Shown in pieces: positions 9,963-19,288 of a stretch of 64,000 bases of DNA. Position numbers and translations under genes: made by a program. A model generated the notes under the pieces. That model made no database searches, was not told where the DNA came from, and worked only from the letters and a program-made list of their open reading frames with translations. Source of the stretch: Candidatus Aenigmarchaeota archaeon LH_S7 (GTDB taxonomy: Archaea > Aenigmatarchaeota > Aenigmatarchaeia > QMZS01); NCBI GenBank assembly GCA_023659895.1, contig JAGXOL010000002.1, positions 4,388-68,387 of the forward strand, in the 5' to 3' direction. How positions within the stretch are numbered: position 1 is the first letter of the stretch; each line of letters begins with the position of its first letter.

Positions 9963-10274
9963 ATGGGATACAAACCACCTCCAAAAAGTGAGCAAGTTTT
10001 TAGATTAGTCCAGAAAATTCCCAAAGGAAAAATTACAACCTATAAAGAAATTGGCTCTAAACTTGGTTTAAATCCAAGAGAAGTTGGCAGAATCCTGTCA
10101 AAAAATGAAGATCTAAGGAGGATTAAATGCTATAAAGTTGTTGGGACTAATAGAGAAATTGGAGGATATAGATTAGGAGAAACCGAGAAAATTAGAAAAC
10201 TGAGGAGAGAGGGGATTAAAATTAAAAAAGGAAAAATTGTGAATTTTAAGGAAAAAGTTATCAAATTTTTCTAA
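9963..10274 (+). CDS. ogt: MGMT/Ogt-family alkyl-DNA repair protein
   Basis: IPKGKITTYKEIG, PREVGR, KCYKV (PCHRV-like), IGGY. Confidence 0.85.
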   Translation: MGYKPPPKSEQVFRLVQKIPKGKITTYKEIGSKLGLNPREVGRILSKNEDLRRIKCYKVVGTNREIGGYRLGETEKIRKLRREGIKIKKGKIVNFKEKVIKFF

Positions 10275-10329
10275 CTCTATCTCTCCTTTCGTTGGCAAAA
10301 ACACCAACCATCAAACTTACATTTAGGTT

Positions 10330-11170
10330 CTATCCCATTTCTCCAGATTTGATAACTACAAGATCCATAGGTGCTTTTTCACAAACATAACTATTTTTTT
10401 CTTCCGTATCCTGAATATGATATTTTGGTTCTAGTTTCTTTCTTGACTCTAGGAATTTGCCTGCTATTGCAAGTTTTAGCAGTTCTTCAATGTCCCTGCC
10501 TTTAGCCTTTCCAACAACTTCAAGAACAGTATTCTCTGATATTTCTTTGTTCATTGAAGCACAAGCCTGTAAAATATTTGTTGCTCTTCTCAAGTCACCC
10601 CCACACTCCTTAAAAATAACTTCTATAGCATCTTCTTCTATTTTAAGTTCCTCTCCTTTCTCTATTTTTTCCAAATATTTTTTGATATAGTCTTTTTTAA
10701 GGAGTCTAAACATAAAAATCACACACCTTGATTGGATAGGCTCAATTAGTTTTGAGGAATAATTGCAGTCCAGAATAAACCTGCAGGTTTCAGAATAATT
10801 TTCCATCGTTCTCCTTAAAGCCTGCTGGGCATCCTTTGTAAGAGCATCAGCCTCATCAAGCAAAATAATCTTAAAACTTCCTTCTCCAATTGGCCTTGTT
10901 CTTGCAAAATCTTTTATTTTTATCCTGACTGTGTCTATTCCCCTTTCATCAGAGGCATTTAACTCAATAAAATTCTCCGTATTCCCAAAAAGTTCATTAA
11001 CCAAGGCTAAAGCAGTGCTTGTTTTACCACTTCCTTGTATTCCAGCGAATAGCAGGTTTGGAATTGAGCCTTTTGAAATAAATGCCTCTAATCTTTTTGT
11101 TGTATCCTCCTAACCAATAATATCATCCAGTTTTTTTTGGCCTGTATTTCTCCGTCCAAAGTTCAAACAT
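10330..11170 (-). pseudogene. rfcS: Replication factor C small subunit, disrupted and 3'-truncated
   Basis: MFELWTEKYRPK start at 11170, frameshift in a homopolymer (~11130-11138), in-frame TAG (~11110), Walker [27 protein letters not shown]; similarity ends after RKKL. Confidence 0.85.
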
Positions 11171-11227
11171 AATTATATATTTTAATAAATTAAGTTTCAT
11201 ATCTATAAATTATTTAAGCCTTTCCTG

Positions 11228-11539
11228 CTCTCTCTAAATATTCAAACTGAGGGACTATCCTACTCCGCAAAAATATTAACTATTCAGGTCAAGAAGAGAG
11301 GCCTGAGTAATATAAGAATCTGGAAGAGCTGGAAATTTAGTAGTGAAGAAAATCTCCTTAAAAATTTTAGAGACTGGTTTTTAAAAGAAAATGACAAAAT
11401 ATTCGTTGGGTATAATATACTGAAATTTGACTTTCCTCTCTTATTACTAAAACTTTCTTCTCTGGAAAAATTTGATGAATTTTATCTAAAATTAAACCGT
11501 TCTAATATTTTGGGTTTGTTTGCTATTTTGATTTTTTAA
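11228..11539 (+). pseudogene. RNase H-like DEDD 3'-5' exonuclease remnant, N-terminal part
   Basis: LNIQTEGL (degenerate LDIETTGL) and VGYNILKFDFP; no start codon. Confidence 0.55.
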
Positions 11540-11592
11540 AAAAAGAACTTAAACAGAAGTTATTTAAATAATTTTAATCTATTATAGTTATC

Positions 11593-12954
11593 ATGGTGAA
11601 TATCAAATCAAAAACAAGTTTGGTTTTAGTATCGATTATTTTATTGTCATTTATATTTGTTCCTCCTATTTTTGCTGATGGATGTATAGCTATCCATGAT
11701 CTTGATATGTCTCGTTGGAAACTTCAAGATATGGATCAGCAATTATGTGCAATAAATTATGAAAATGGGTCTGAAAACATGCTTTTGTCTGTTGATGTTA
11801 GTGATTTACATGGTGAAAAAGGTGTCTGGATTTTCCCTATTCCTGCAAAACCAGACAAAACAGTAATAGACGTAATCAAAGGATTCCCAAGACTTCGAGG
11901 GTATGATGTAAAAAGAAGAACAGATGAAACAATTTCTGATACTTTTAGTGTAATGAGATTATCTCAGGTTTATACATTTTTTCCATTTATGTTCTTTACT
12001 GGTATGGGTGCTATGAGTATGGGTACTATGTATGCGGGCACAGAAAGAGGAATTACAGCACATGAACATATAGAAAAGATGGGTTTAACAACTGAATTAG
12101 TTACTGCAAAAGATGGAGATGCTTTTTATAATTATTTGACAAATAAAAACTTAGATTTACCTCCAGATTTAAAATCAATTTTAGAGGAATATATAGGTAA
12201 AGAATATTCTTTTGTTGTTTCTTGGATTTCAGATGTTGAGAAATTTAAGAAAGAATCTGCAACAAAAGATAGATATGGCAATACTATTAATACTGTTGGA
12301 GTTTTTATCAAGTTCCCAACTGATAAAATTTATTTTCCACTGAAACCAACGAGTGTTTATGGGAGTACAAAAGTTCCGATATCAGTTTATGTTGAAGGAC
12401 ATGTAACCCCTAAACTTTATTCAGAAATTGAAGAAGGAAAAGTTAATTATTTTGTTGATCGTTATTATCATGTTCCTGAGGAGTTATCTTCTTTCTTCAA
12501 CGGAAAAAAAATTATCAATTTGAAATACACAAAAATCAAAATAAATACACCCTCAAAATATTTAACTAAAGATTTATGGATAAAAGACTCTCCTCCAGCC
12601 CATATTGTTTTAGATAGTTTTATAAATAGGTCTGTTTGGTTATGGGGTATAATATTCTTTATATTAAGTTCGTGTTTAGCAAGTATGTTTGCTGGAATGA
12701 TTACTTTTAGAAAAGACCAACCATCCAAGAAAAAATTCGCTTTATTTGGCTTATGGAACTTTTTAACCTTAATTGGTTTTGCAGTTGCTTCTATGTTTCT
12801 TAGAACTAAGAAACTAAAACCTGAACTGGAACAACAACTTAAATCTCAAGGACTTACAGTTTGGGATAGTAGAAAAACTTTATTTGTATTCCTATTTACA
12901 GTGTTTTTCTTAATCATAACTTTTGTTTTTCAAATTGTTTTATCTATTTTTTAG
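11593..12954 (+). CDS. Secreted/membrane protein with DUF2330-like domain and C-terminal TM helices
   Basis: Signal peptide ending FADG, WIFPIPAKP, IYFPLKPTS, three C-terminal hydrophobic helices. Confidence 0.65.
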   Translation: MVNIKSKTSLVLVSIILLSFIFVPPIFADGCIAIHDLDMSRWKLQDMDQQLCAINYENGSENMLLSVDVSDLHGEKGVWIFPIPAKPDKTVIDVIKGFPRLRGYDVKRRTDETISDTFSVMRLSQVYTFFPFMFFTGMGAMSMGTMYAGTERGITAHEHIEKMGLTTELVTAKDGDAFYNYLTNKNLDLPPDLKSILEEYIGKEYSFVVSWISDVEKFKKESATKDRYGNTINTVGVFIKFPTDKIYFPLKPTSVYGSTKVPISVYVEGHVTPKLYSEIEEGKVNYFVDRYYHVPEELSSFFNGKKIINLKYTKIKINTPSKYLTKDLWIKDSPPAHIVLDSFINRSVWLWGIIFFILSSCLASMFAGMITFRKDQPSKKKFALFGLWNFLTLIGFAVASMFLRTKKLKPELEQQLKSQGLTVWDSRKTLFVFLFTVFFLIITFVFQIVLSIF

Positions 12955-12975
12955 TTCACCCCCCTGAAAAATGTT

Positions 12976-13188
12976 ATGGCTATTCCTGGAGAAAAAATTT
13001 TGGATTTTTATAAAAATAAAGACTATCAGAAAATGGAAGAAGCTGTTATAAAAAATTTGCATGCCTCTGAAAAACTATATTCAACTATCTTGAAAACTTT
13101 CTATTACTCTGCTTATACCTTGTACATCATATTCTCCCCTTTCTACCATAGTACAATAATCATTAAAATTATTTATAATTTTTGGTAG
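12976..13188 (+). pseudogene. Probable C-terminal part of the exonuclease remnant at 11228
   Basis: PGEKILDFYKNKDYQKMEEAVIKNL...LY resembles the ExoIII region of these exonucleases. Confidence 0.4.
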
Positions 13189-13248
13189 TGGGGTATATAT
13201 AATTTTCGATGATAGAATATATAAATCTAGAGAAATTAAAGAAAATTT

Positions 13249-13442
13249 AACAAGAAACGAGGCAGAATGCCTGGACAATTGCGAATTAGAATAAGATTTA
13301 GAAAATACGTCGGAAATTGGTTTGATTATCTGACTGTTTCTAAAGATGAAATGAAAGATATTCTGAAAGACACTAGTTAGAAAGTTAGAAATTTATTGAT
13401 TCTGATAAATCAGCTTATATAGCAGTTATTGAGAAAATATGA
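13249..13442 (+). pseudogene. C-terminal fragment of a class I SAM methyltransferase
   Basis: NKKRGRMPGQLRIRIRFRKYVGNWFDYLTVSKDEM followed by a stop and frameshift. Confidence 0.45.
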
Positions 13443-13534
13443 ATGCTCACACAAAAAAACTTCTACGCTCACTTTCGTTCACTCCTCGACCATGCCTTCT
13501 AGACTCTTGCTTACGCTTGGGCGTTGAACAGCGC

Positions 13535-14032
13535 TTATCTAGAACTTTCCTGCGAAACTTTATAGAAATAACTTCTTATCAAATTACACAATCGAGATGC
13601 TTTATTTAGATAATCTAAAGCAATTTCAGCTTCTTTCTCTGTAAAAATTTTAGATATTCCAATTTTTTCTAATTTTTCTTCTCCATATAATGAGATGTTT
13701 CGCCATAGGTGGAAGACTTTACTTCCAATTATTATTCTTACTATGTCTTCTTTAGGAAAATGGTAATCTTTGAGTACAAATTTTAGTTTTTCATAAGTAG
13801 ACATGATTTGATTGCTTAATTCATGTCCTTTTATGTTTGTTGGATATTCTTCTCTCATTAGCTTAAACACAACTTTGAGAAAAAGTTCAAAAGCTTCCTG
13901 CGACCTTCTTACACAAAGATCATAATTGTACTTTTTGAAATCTGATGCTTCTTGTTCTATATCTCTTGCTTTCATATATTGTTTATCAATCTTTTGTAAT
14001 TCTTTCATCGTCCAACTGGGATTTTCTGTCAT
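13535..14032 (-). CDS. HEPN-domain protein
   Basis: YDLCVRRSQEAFELFLK, GHEL, R..SLY, FTEKEAE pattern of MNT-associated HEPN proteins. Confidence 0.75.
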   Translation of the reverse strand: MTENPSWTMKELQKIDKQYMKARDIEQEASDFKKYNYDLCVRRSQEAFELFLKVVFKLMREEYPTNIKGHELSNQIMSTYEKLKFVLKDYHFPKEDIVRIIIGSKVFHLWRNISLYGEEKLEKIGISKIFTEKEAEIALDYLNKASRLCNLIRSYFYKVSQESSR

Positions 14033-14730
14033 TTTGAATATTTTAAAATTAATTTTCCTATTGATTCTAACTCTTTCGGAGAAAATTTTATCCTTGATTT
14101 TTTATATTTGATAAAGTTGTATAATTCTTCAACTTTTAAAACTGGAACTGTTGGGTTATTTAATTCTAACTCAGCATTAGGATTTGTGAAAACAACAATT
14201 CCTTCAACCCATATTGGTTTTTTGAATATTTTTTGTATAAATTGTTTTAGTTTTACAGCATTTCTCTTAACTTGTTTACTTGGGCTACCAATACTATAAT
14301 CTCTCGATGGCTTCCAATATGGTCTTCCTCTCATACTTATTGTTAGACCACCTTCATAATGTCTATGCCATTCATCACCATTGCAAATAAGTTTCCCATC
14401 ATAATTTTTACTTTCAATAGCGAATATACCATTATGTCCTAAAATGATACAGTCAATATTTCCATAACTTTCTGATAACATTACATCATTAACCAAAGAA
14501 TATCTATTGTTTAATTCTTCTAAAGTTTCTTTGATTAATGTTTCACCAGTTTTTCCTTTCCTATATTGACCACTTTTAATGAAGAAGTATATAGAAATTC
14601 CTACGAATATTATACCCAATCCATAAAATATGAGAGTCACTAAACCTATTACCAAAAATATTATTGCTATTTTCTCATTAGATTTTCTTTGTTCTTCTAA
14701 ATATTCTCCAGTTTCTTTTAAAACTTTCAT
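14029..14730 (-). CDS. Membrane-anchored NERD-domain nuclease
   Basis: Two N-terminal TM helices, G..GE, NIDCIILGHNGIFAIESKNYDG, SPSKQ; likely start 14730. Confidence 0.85.
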   Translation of the reverse strand: MKVLKETGEYLEEQRKSNEKIAIIFLVIGLVTLIFYGLGIIFVGISIYFFIKSGQYRKGKTGETLIKETLEELNNRYSLVNDVMLSESYGNIDCIILGHNGIFAIESKNYDGKLICNGDEWHRHYEGGLTISMRGRPYWKPSRDYSIGSPSKQVKRNAVKLKQFIQKIFKKPIWVEGIVVFTNPNAELELNNPTVPVLKVEELYNFIKYKKSRIKFSPKELESIGKLILKYSK

Positions 14731-14863
14731 AATATAAAAAACTAGTTTATATGATTTTATATATAAAGGTGTGCGAAATAAAATAACCAACTAATCAACT
14801 CTCTACAGGAAGCCTAATTTCGCACACTTACTTCACTAAAGAGACCAGTTCCACCTTACTATT

Positions 14864-15745
14864 TTAGATTCTAAATCTGCTAAACTCCCTGAGACTTGTT
14901 TTGTTATTGATAATGCTGTCAACAGCAGTGAGCAATATTGCACTCAATGAAGCAAAAACAACAGATATTTTTCTTTTAATTCCAACAACATTCTGCCAAC
15001 ATTTATCCATTGAGTTTTTGATAACTGAATTGAACTGCTCAACAATATATCTCTTTTTCTTCAGTATTTTTGGAGTCCAACGTCTTTTCTTGGTGTTCCT
15101 CCTGTTTTTTGCAATTACTGGTTTTGCCCCTTTCTCTCTACAAGCTTTTCTATTGGCCTCTGAATCATAACCAGCATCTGCTAAAGCAAGTTTACCTGAG
15201 ACCAATAACTCTGGTAAGAAAGGGGAATCATGTTTGTTTCCTGTTGTTAAAATTGCCTTTAGAGGCAATCCAAGTTGGTTTACAGAAAGATGTGTTTTAA
15301 ATCCTTTGAATGCTCCTCTCGAGTAAAAACCAACTTTGGTATCTGGATCTTCTTCATCCACCAAAGGAGTTGAGTCTATTATCAATAGTTCTGTTGGAAT
15401 AATCATCTGAATTATTGATGACAATTTGTTGAATACTTGTGTTACTAGATCAGAATATGTTTTCTTCCAGACACTAAGTCTTGACCTGTCTGGAACTCCT
15501 GTTAATCCAAGGCTTCTTCTTATTTTTGGATTCATTCGTTGCTTCACAACGATGCACCGTTTTGCTTCGCAAAACGAGTGTGCTTTTAAATGTCTGATTA
15601 ACTGGCAATCATTGAATCCTCTAATTTTCTGGTAAATTAAAGTTCTTGTTCTTGGTACATTTCTATATCCTCTTCTACCTCTGCCTTTCTGAGATGGAAC
15701 CATCCCTTTGTTTACCAAATGTCTTATAATATTACCTGCTTCCAT
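14864..15745 (-). CDS. DDE transposase (DDE_Tnp_1-like) with a 16-aa in-frame insertion
   Basis: IIDSTP, GFKTHL, GNKHDS, ADAGYDS, RYIVEQFNS. Confidence 0.9.
   Translation of the reverse strand: MEAGNIIRHLVNKGMVPSQKGRGRRGYRNVPRTRTLIYQKIRGFNDCQLIRHLKAHSFCEAKRCIVVKQRMNPKIRRSLGLTGVPDRSRLSVWKKTYSDLVTQVFNKLSSIIQMIIPTELLIIDSTPLVDEEDPDTKVGFYSRGAFKGFKTHLSVNQLGLPLKAILTTGNKHDSPFLPELLVSGKLALADAGYDSEANRKACREKGAKPVIAKNRRNTKKRRWTPKILKKKRYIVEQFNSVIKNSMDKCWQNVVGIKRKISVVFASLSAILLTAVDSIINNKTSLREFSRFRI
15533..15580. repeat. 48-nt double-hairpin insertion in IS copy A, absent from copy B
   Basis: CATTCGTTG-CTTCA-CAACGATG plus CACCGTTTTG-CTTCG-CAAAACGAGTG; copy B has the empty site GCA|AAT. Confidence 0.9.
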
Positions 15746-15861
15746 CTATTAATTTGGTTTATTTCGCACACCCCTATTTATATATTTTACAAAAATACGC
15801 TTGCTTAGGGCAAACTCTTCGCAAAACTTCGTTTTGCTCGTCTCGGACTTCGTCCTCAAGA

Positions 15862-15950
15862 ATATAACAGCGATTAAGAGGTAAAATTTCTTACAGAAAT
15901 TTCCCAAATTTTCACTTCATGAAAACTTCTTTTAACGGCATACGTTAACT
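15862..15950 (+). other. Integron attC-like site 1
   Basis: R'' ATATAAC, arms AGCGATTAAGAG / CTTTTAACGGC, internal hairpins, R' GTTAACT. Confidence 0.6.
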
Positions 15951-16020
15951 GTGAATTGGCTTCGGGTCGCTTTAATATTAGAACTGAAGAAAAGATTATT
16001 AACGGGCGGTCGCTTTAATT

Positions 16021-17406
16021 TTATAACCAAACATTTTCTCCACATTTATCACAAAATTTAGCAGATTTTGGAAGTTGTTTTCCACAATTAGTGCAATATT
16101 TTATATTTTCTTCTAATGGAGGTTCTTGTCCAAATACTTTTATTTCTATTGGATATTTTGAACCTTTAATTGCATATTCAAGTTCTTTATCATGTTCTTT
16201 AACTATAATTATTCCTCTGACTTGCTTGTCTTGTGCCAAATTTTCATTAACCCATGCCATATATTTTTGGATTTGACCAACAACTTTATGAGAACCTTTA
16301 TCTTGTTTCAATTCTATAACAACAAAATTTCCATTTTTATCTTTGCATAAAATATCTATATAACCAACACCAGTTGTATACTGGTTTCCAATCAAGTCCA
16401 AACCGTCTTCTAAAATTTCTGGATTAGATATAATTGAAGTTTCAATCTCATATTCTAAAACTTCGCTTATTGCTCCTGTTTCTTCAAAATCTTCAATACT
16501 CCAAGCTTTTTCTAATTTCTTTGTTTCTTTTTCTTTAATAATTTCTTTTATTTTCTTTTCAAAATTTTCGGGTTTTGGTAATTTATCTTTAAAGCCCTTT
16601 ACACTTTCATAAATAAAGTTTGGTATTACAAATTCTATCGTTATTTTTCCTTTAGCACTTAAATAAAATGTCCAATATCCTACCCCACTTTCTACTAATC
16701 TATCTCCAAATTGCCAAAAACTATATTCTTCAGGTTGTGGCGGTGGAAACAATATTAACCTTCCACTCTTTCTATATGATTTGGTTTTGAATCTTTGCTC
16801 TTTTAGTTCTTCATCAAATAAGATATTAAAAATATATGTCCACTCTTTTGGATCAATCTTAAAATAAAGTATTTCACCAGTTTTTTCATTGACATTTACA
16901 TTAAAATCAGGAAGTAAACGATATTTATCATGACAATTTGGATTTTCTTGTTTTATTTTTTCAGCTTCTTTAATCGAATCGGTTATTCTAATTGGAATAT
17001 AATTTAAAGTAAAAGATAATACTTCCTTGTCTAATTCGGGTAATTTATTTAATTTGTTATTAACATTTTGTGTTAGAATTTTAGATGTCTTACTAAATAA
17101 TATTTCTCTCAATAATTTATCATCTTCGTTAAAAGTTTCCTTTAGAAAATTTGGTATGCTATTGAGGAAATCTACAAAAATATTACTCTTCTCTTTAATT
17201 TGTGGTGAATTTATTCCATATTTTTTCTGTAAATTTCTGGCACAAACTTTACCGAACCATTTTTTGAATGCTACTTGATTATTAAGATATCCAAACATAG
17301 ATGGAATAGAATAGGAAAAAATCCAAAGAATATCTAAAATTTGATTATCTTGTTTACTAATTGTGTTTTCTATGAAACTTTCAATTTTGATTTTTGTATC
17401 TGTCAT
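16021..17406 (-). CDS. Protein with C-terminal NucS/EndoMS-like PD-(D/E)XK nuclease and zinc ribbon
   Basis: GYIDILCKDKNGNFVVIELK, VVGQIQKYM, VRGIII, CTNCG...FCDKCG. Confidence 0.85.
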   Translation of the reverse strand: MTDTKIKIESFIENTISKQDNQILDILWIFSYSIPSMFGYLNNQVAFKKWFGKVCARNLQKKYGINSPQIKEKSNIFVDFLNSIPNFLKETFNEDDKLLREILFSKTSKILTQNVNNKLNKLPELDKEVLSFTLNYIPIRITDSIKEAEKIKQENPNCHDKYRLLPDFNVNVNEKTGEILYFKIDPKEWTYIFNILFDEELKEQRFKTKSYRKSGRLILFPPPQPEEYSFWQFGDRLVESGVGYWTFYLSAKGKITIEFVIPNFIYESVKGFKDKLPKPENFEKKIKEIIKEKETKKLEKAWSIEDFEETGAISEVLEYEIETSIISNPEILEDGLDLIGNQYTTGVGYIDILCKDKNGNFVVIELKQDKGSHKVVGQIQKYMAWVNENLAQDKQVRGIIIVKEHDKELEYAIKGSKYPIEIKVFGQEPPLEENIKYCTNCGKQLPKSAKFCDKCGENVWL

Positions 17407-17514
17407 AATAATAACTAAAATCCTAATGAAACTTAAAAAGCTTTCTTTTTTTGAAAGCGACCACCTTTATTTTTTAATGACCCTCAGCTGACTTTCTTGC
17501 CTTCGGCTCGGGGC

Positions 17515-17600
17515 AATTAACAGGAATTTAATGGAAAAATGCGAGCTGAGCATTTTTCCCAAAGCGCCTTCAGTGACTTCGTTAAATTCTGATATTATAT
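17515..17600 (+). other. Integron attC-like site 2 (R' degenerate)
   Basis: R'' AATTAAC, arms GAATTTAATG / CGTTAAATTC, internal hairpin AAAAATGC/GCATTTTT then CCCAAA as in site 1, R' ATTATAT. Confidence 0.55.
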
Positions 17601-17736
17601 GCAATCCACCTCCACTATCAAAAAATTATATAATACTAAAGTTGTTATTGTTAATTATGAAAAATAAAGATGATTGGTTAATTTTGAATGTATATGTGGA
17701 TAAACCTGATAAAATAGAAAATTAGCTGTGTTTATT

Positions 17737-18768
17737 ATGGATAAAAAAATATTAGTTAAAAACATAGTGGATGAATTTTTTAGAGAGGATTTTAACAGAG
17801 CACTATTAGTGACAGATAATTTAAAGCAAATCATTAACATAGTAAAAGAAAAATATAAGCTAAATGCTATATACCTAACTGATGCATTATCCTCTATTAT
17901 TAATGAAGGTGTTTTAAATCATTTGGCATCTTACAGAGCAAAAACAAGAAGAATGAAGGGATTTCATAACGCTTTGTGGGAATATTCAGAAAATAAGATA
18001 AGTAAAGAAAATTTACATAAAATAGCAAAGCAATCCATTAGGAGAAGTATTATAACAAATACTAGAAATGCATATCAAAGTTGGGTTCTATTATCATTGC
18101 TAAATTTGGTTAACTGCAAACTCCTTGTTAGACAATATAATTCGGATACAAATGGATACGAATTTAAATACATCGATGAACTACCTGATGAGTTAAAATA
18201 TATTTCTTTAGAAAGCCAAAGAGATTATAAAGGAATTCATCCAAATTTTGCACTAGAAATTTCTGGCAGATTCTTTAGCATCTTTTATGAAGGACCTGGG
18301 ATTATTGAATGGAATTTATATTCTAAAGAAACCGATAAAACCTTTTGGAAATTATATGGCGCACCTAGACCAGATATAATGATTTATTCTGGACAAATTG
18401 ATAATATTTACTCTCCTAGTGTAAAACCATTTCCAATCATGAAACCAGACATTATTATAGAATGCAAAGAAGAAGGAAACTGGTATAAAAAACTAAAACA
18501 GAGATCTGTATATGATGGGGCCAAAGATTGGAGAAATGCGGCCATTGAAAGTAGAGAACAGAAAAAAGAAAAAATAGATGATTTAGAAAATGTGAAAGAA
18601 TATCTAGAAATTTATTCACCAAAAAATTTGTTTTTAGTTAGCTGGAAGGAAACACCAAACAAGACTTGTGAAGAGTTAATAAATTCTGGAATTACTTGTA
18701 TAAATAAAGTAAATTTTGATAAAGATAAATTAATAAAAATTGTCGAAACAATCAAACAATCCAATTAA
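17737..18768 (+). CDS. Putative PD-(D/E)XK restriction-like nuclease
   Basis: RPDIMIY...KPDIIIECKE motif. Confidence 0.55.
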   Translation: MDKKILVKNIVDEFFREDFNRALLVTDNLKQIINIVKEKYKLNAIYLTDALSSIINEGVLNHLASYRAKTRRMKGFHNALWEYSENKISKENLHKIAKQSIRRSIITNTRNAYQSWVLLSLLNLVNCKLLVRQYNSDTNGYEFKYIDELPDELKYISLESQRDYKGIHPNFALEISGRFFSIFYEGPGIIEWNLYSKETDKTFWKLYGAPRPDIMIYSGQIDNIYSPSVKPFPIMKPDIIIECKEEGNWYKKLKQRSVYDGAKDWRNAAIESREQKKEKIDDLENVKEYLEIYSPKNLFLVSWKETPNKTCEELINSGITCINKVNFDKDKLIKIVETIKQSN

Positions 18769-18803
18769 TGGGTGGGTTATGGCGAACTTCTCTTAATCGT
18801 ATA

Positions 18804-19259
18804 TTATCTAACAAGTAACTCAACCTCTGCTGGTTTGTATTTCCATTTTTTTGGTAATTTTTTTTCTCTAATATAATATTTTCCCAATCTCCTAATTTTT
18901 GATTCAGTTAGTTGCAATGCTCTTTGATTGTGCAAGTCTTTTTTGTTTTTGTTCAAGTGTTTCCTTAAGTTTATAGCTTTTTTAAAGAGGTTCATTAATT
19001 CCTCTGGATAATCCTCCTTCATGTTGTTTTCCTCAAGAATTGCTTGTAGTTTCTTGCCTGCAGTCAATCTTATGGAAGGTACTCCATGAGAATCTCTTAA
19101 GATTGTTCCTATTTCTGGTTTACTTATTCCCTCTTTTCTTAATTCCAAGACTTTTTTCTCTACATCTTTCTTTTTCATTGTTTGCCATTCCGGAATCTTA
19201 TTTCTGACAACTTTTTTGGAACCACTTCTTCCTTTTGTTCTAGCATAGATTCTTGCCAT
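18804..19259 (-). CDS. rps15: 30S ribosomal protein S15 (uS15)
   Basis: MARIYARTKGRSGS, IGTILRD, ESKIRRL. Confidence 0.97.
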   Translation of the reverse strand: MARIYARTKGRSGSKKVVRNKIPEWQTMKKKDVEKKVLELRKEGISKPEIGTILRDSHGVPSIRLTAGKKLQAILEENNMKEDYPEELMNLFKKAINLRKHLNKNKKDLHNQRALQLTESKIRRLGKYYIREKKLPKKWKYKPAEVELLVR

Positions 19260-19288
19260 AAAATTAACAAAATTTTAAATTAAGGTTT

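Larger units (their letters stand above)
14764..15776 (-). mobile_element. IS4/IS5-superfamily insertion sequence, copy A
   Basis: TIRs TA(A/G)(A/G)GGTGTGCGAAATAAA at both ends; 8-bp direct repeat TTTATATA (14756-14763, 15777-15784). Confidence 0.9.

Noticed and set aside
11105..11140. Programmed recoding (frameshift or TAG read-through) of rfcS
   Set aside because: The gene also lacks its C-terminal domain, so decay is the simpler explanation
11200..18800. Provirus or integrative element
   Set aside because: No integrase, capsid, packaging or replication genes, and no att direct repeats seen
18800..18815. attC R'' (ATCTAAC) closing the second cassette
   Set aside because: It is the reverse complement of the rps15 C-terminal codons and no palindrome follows
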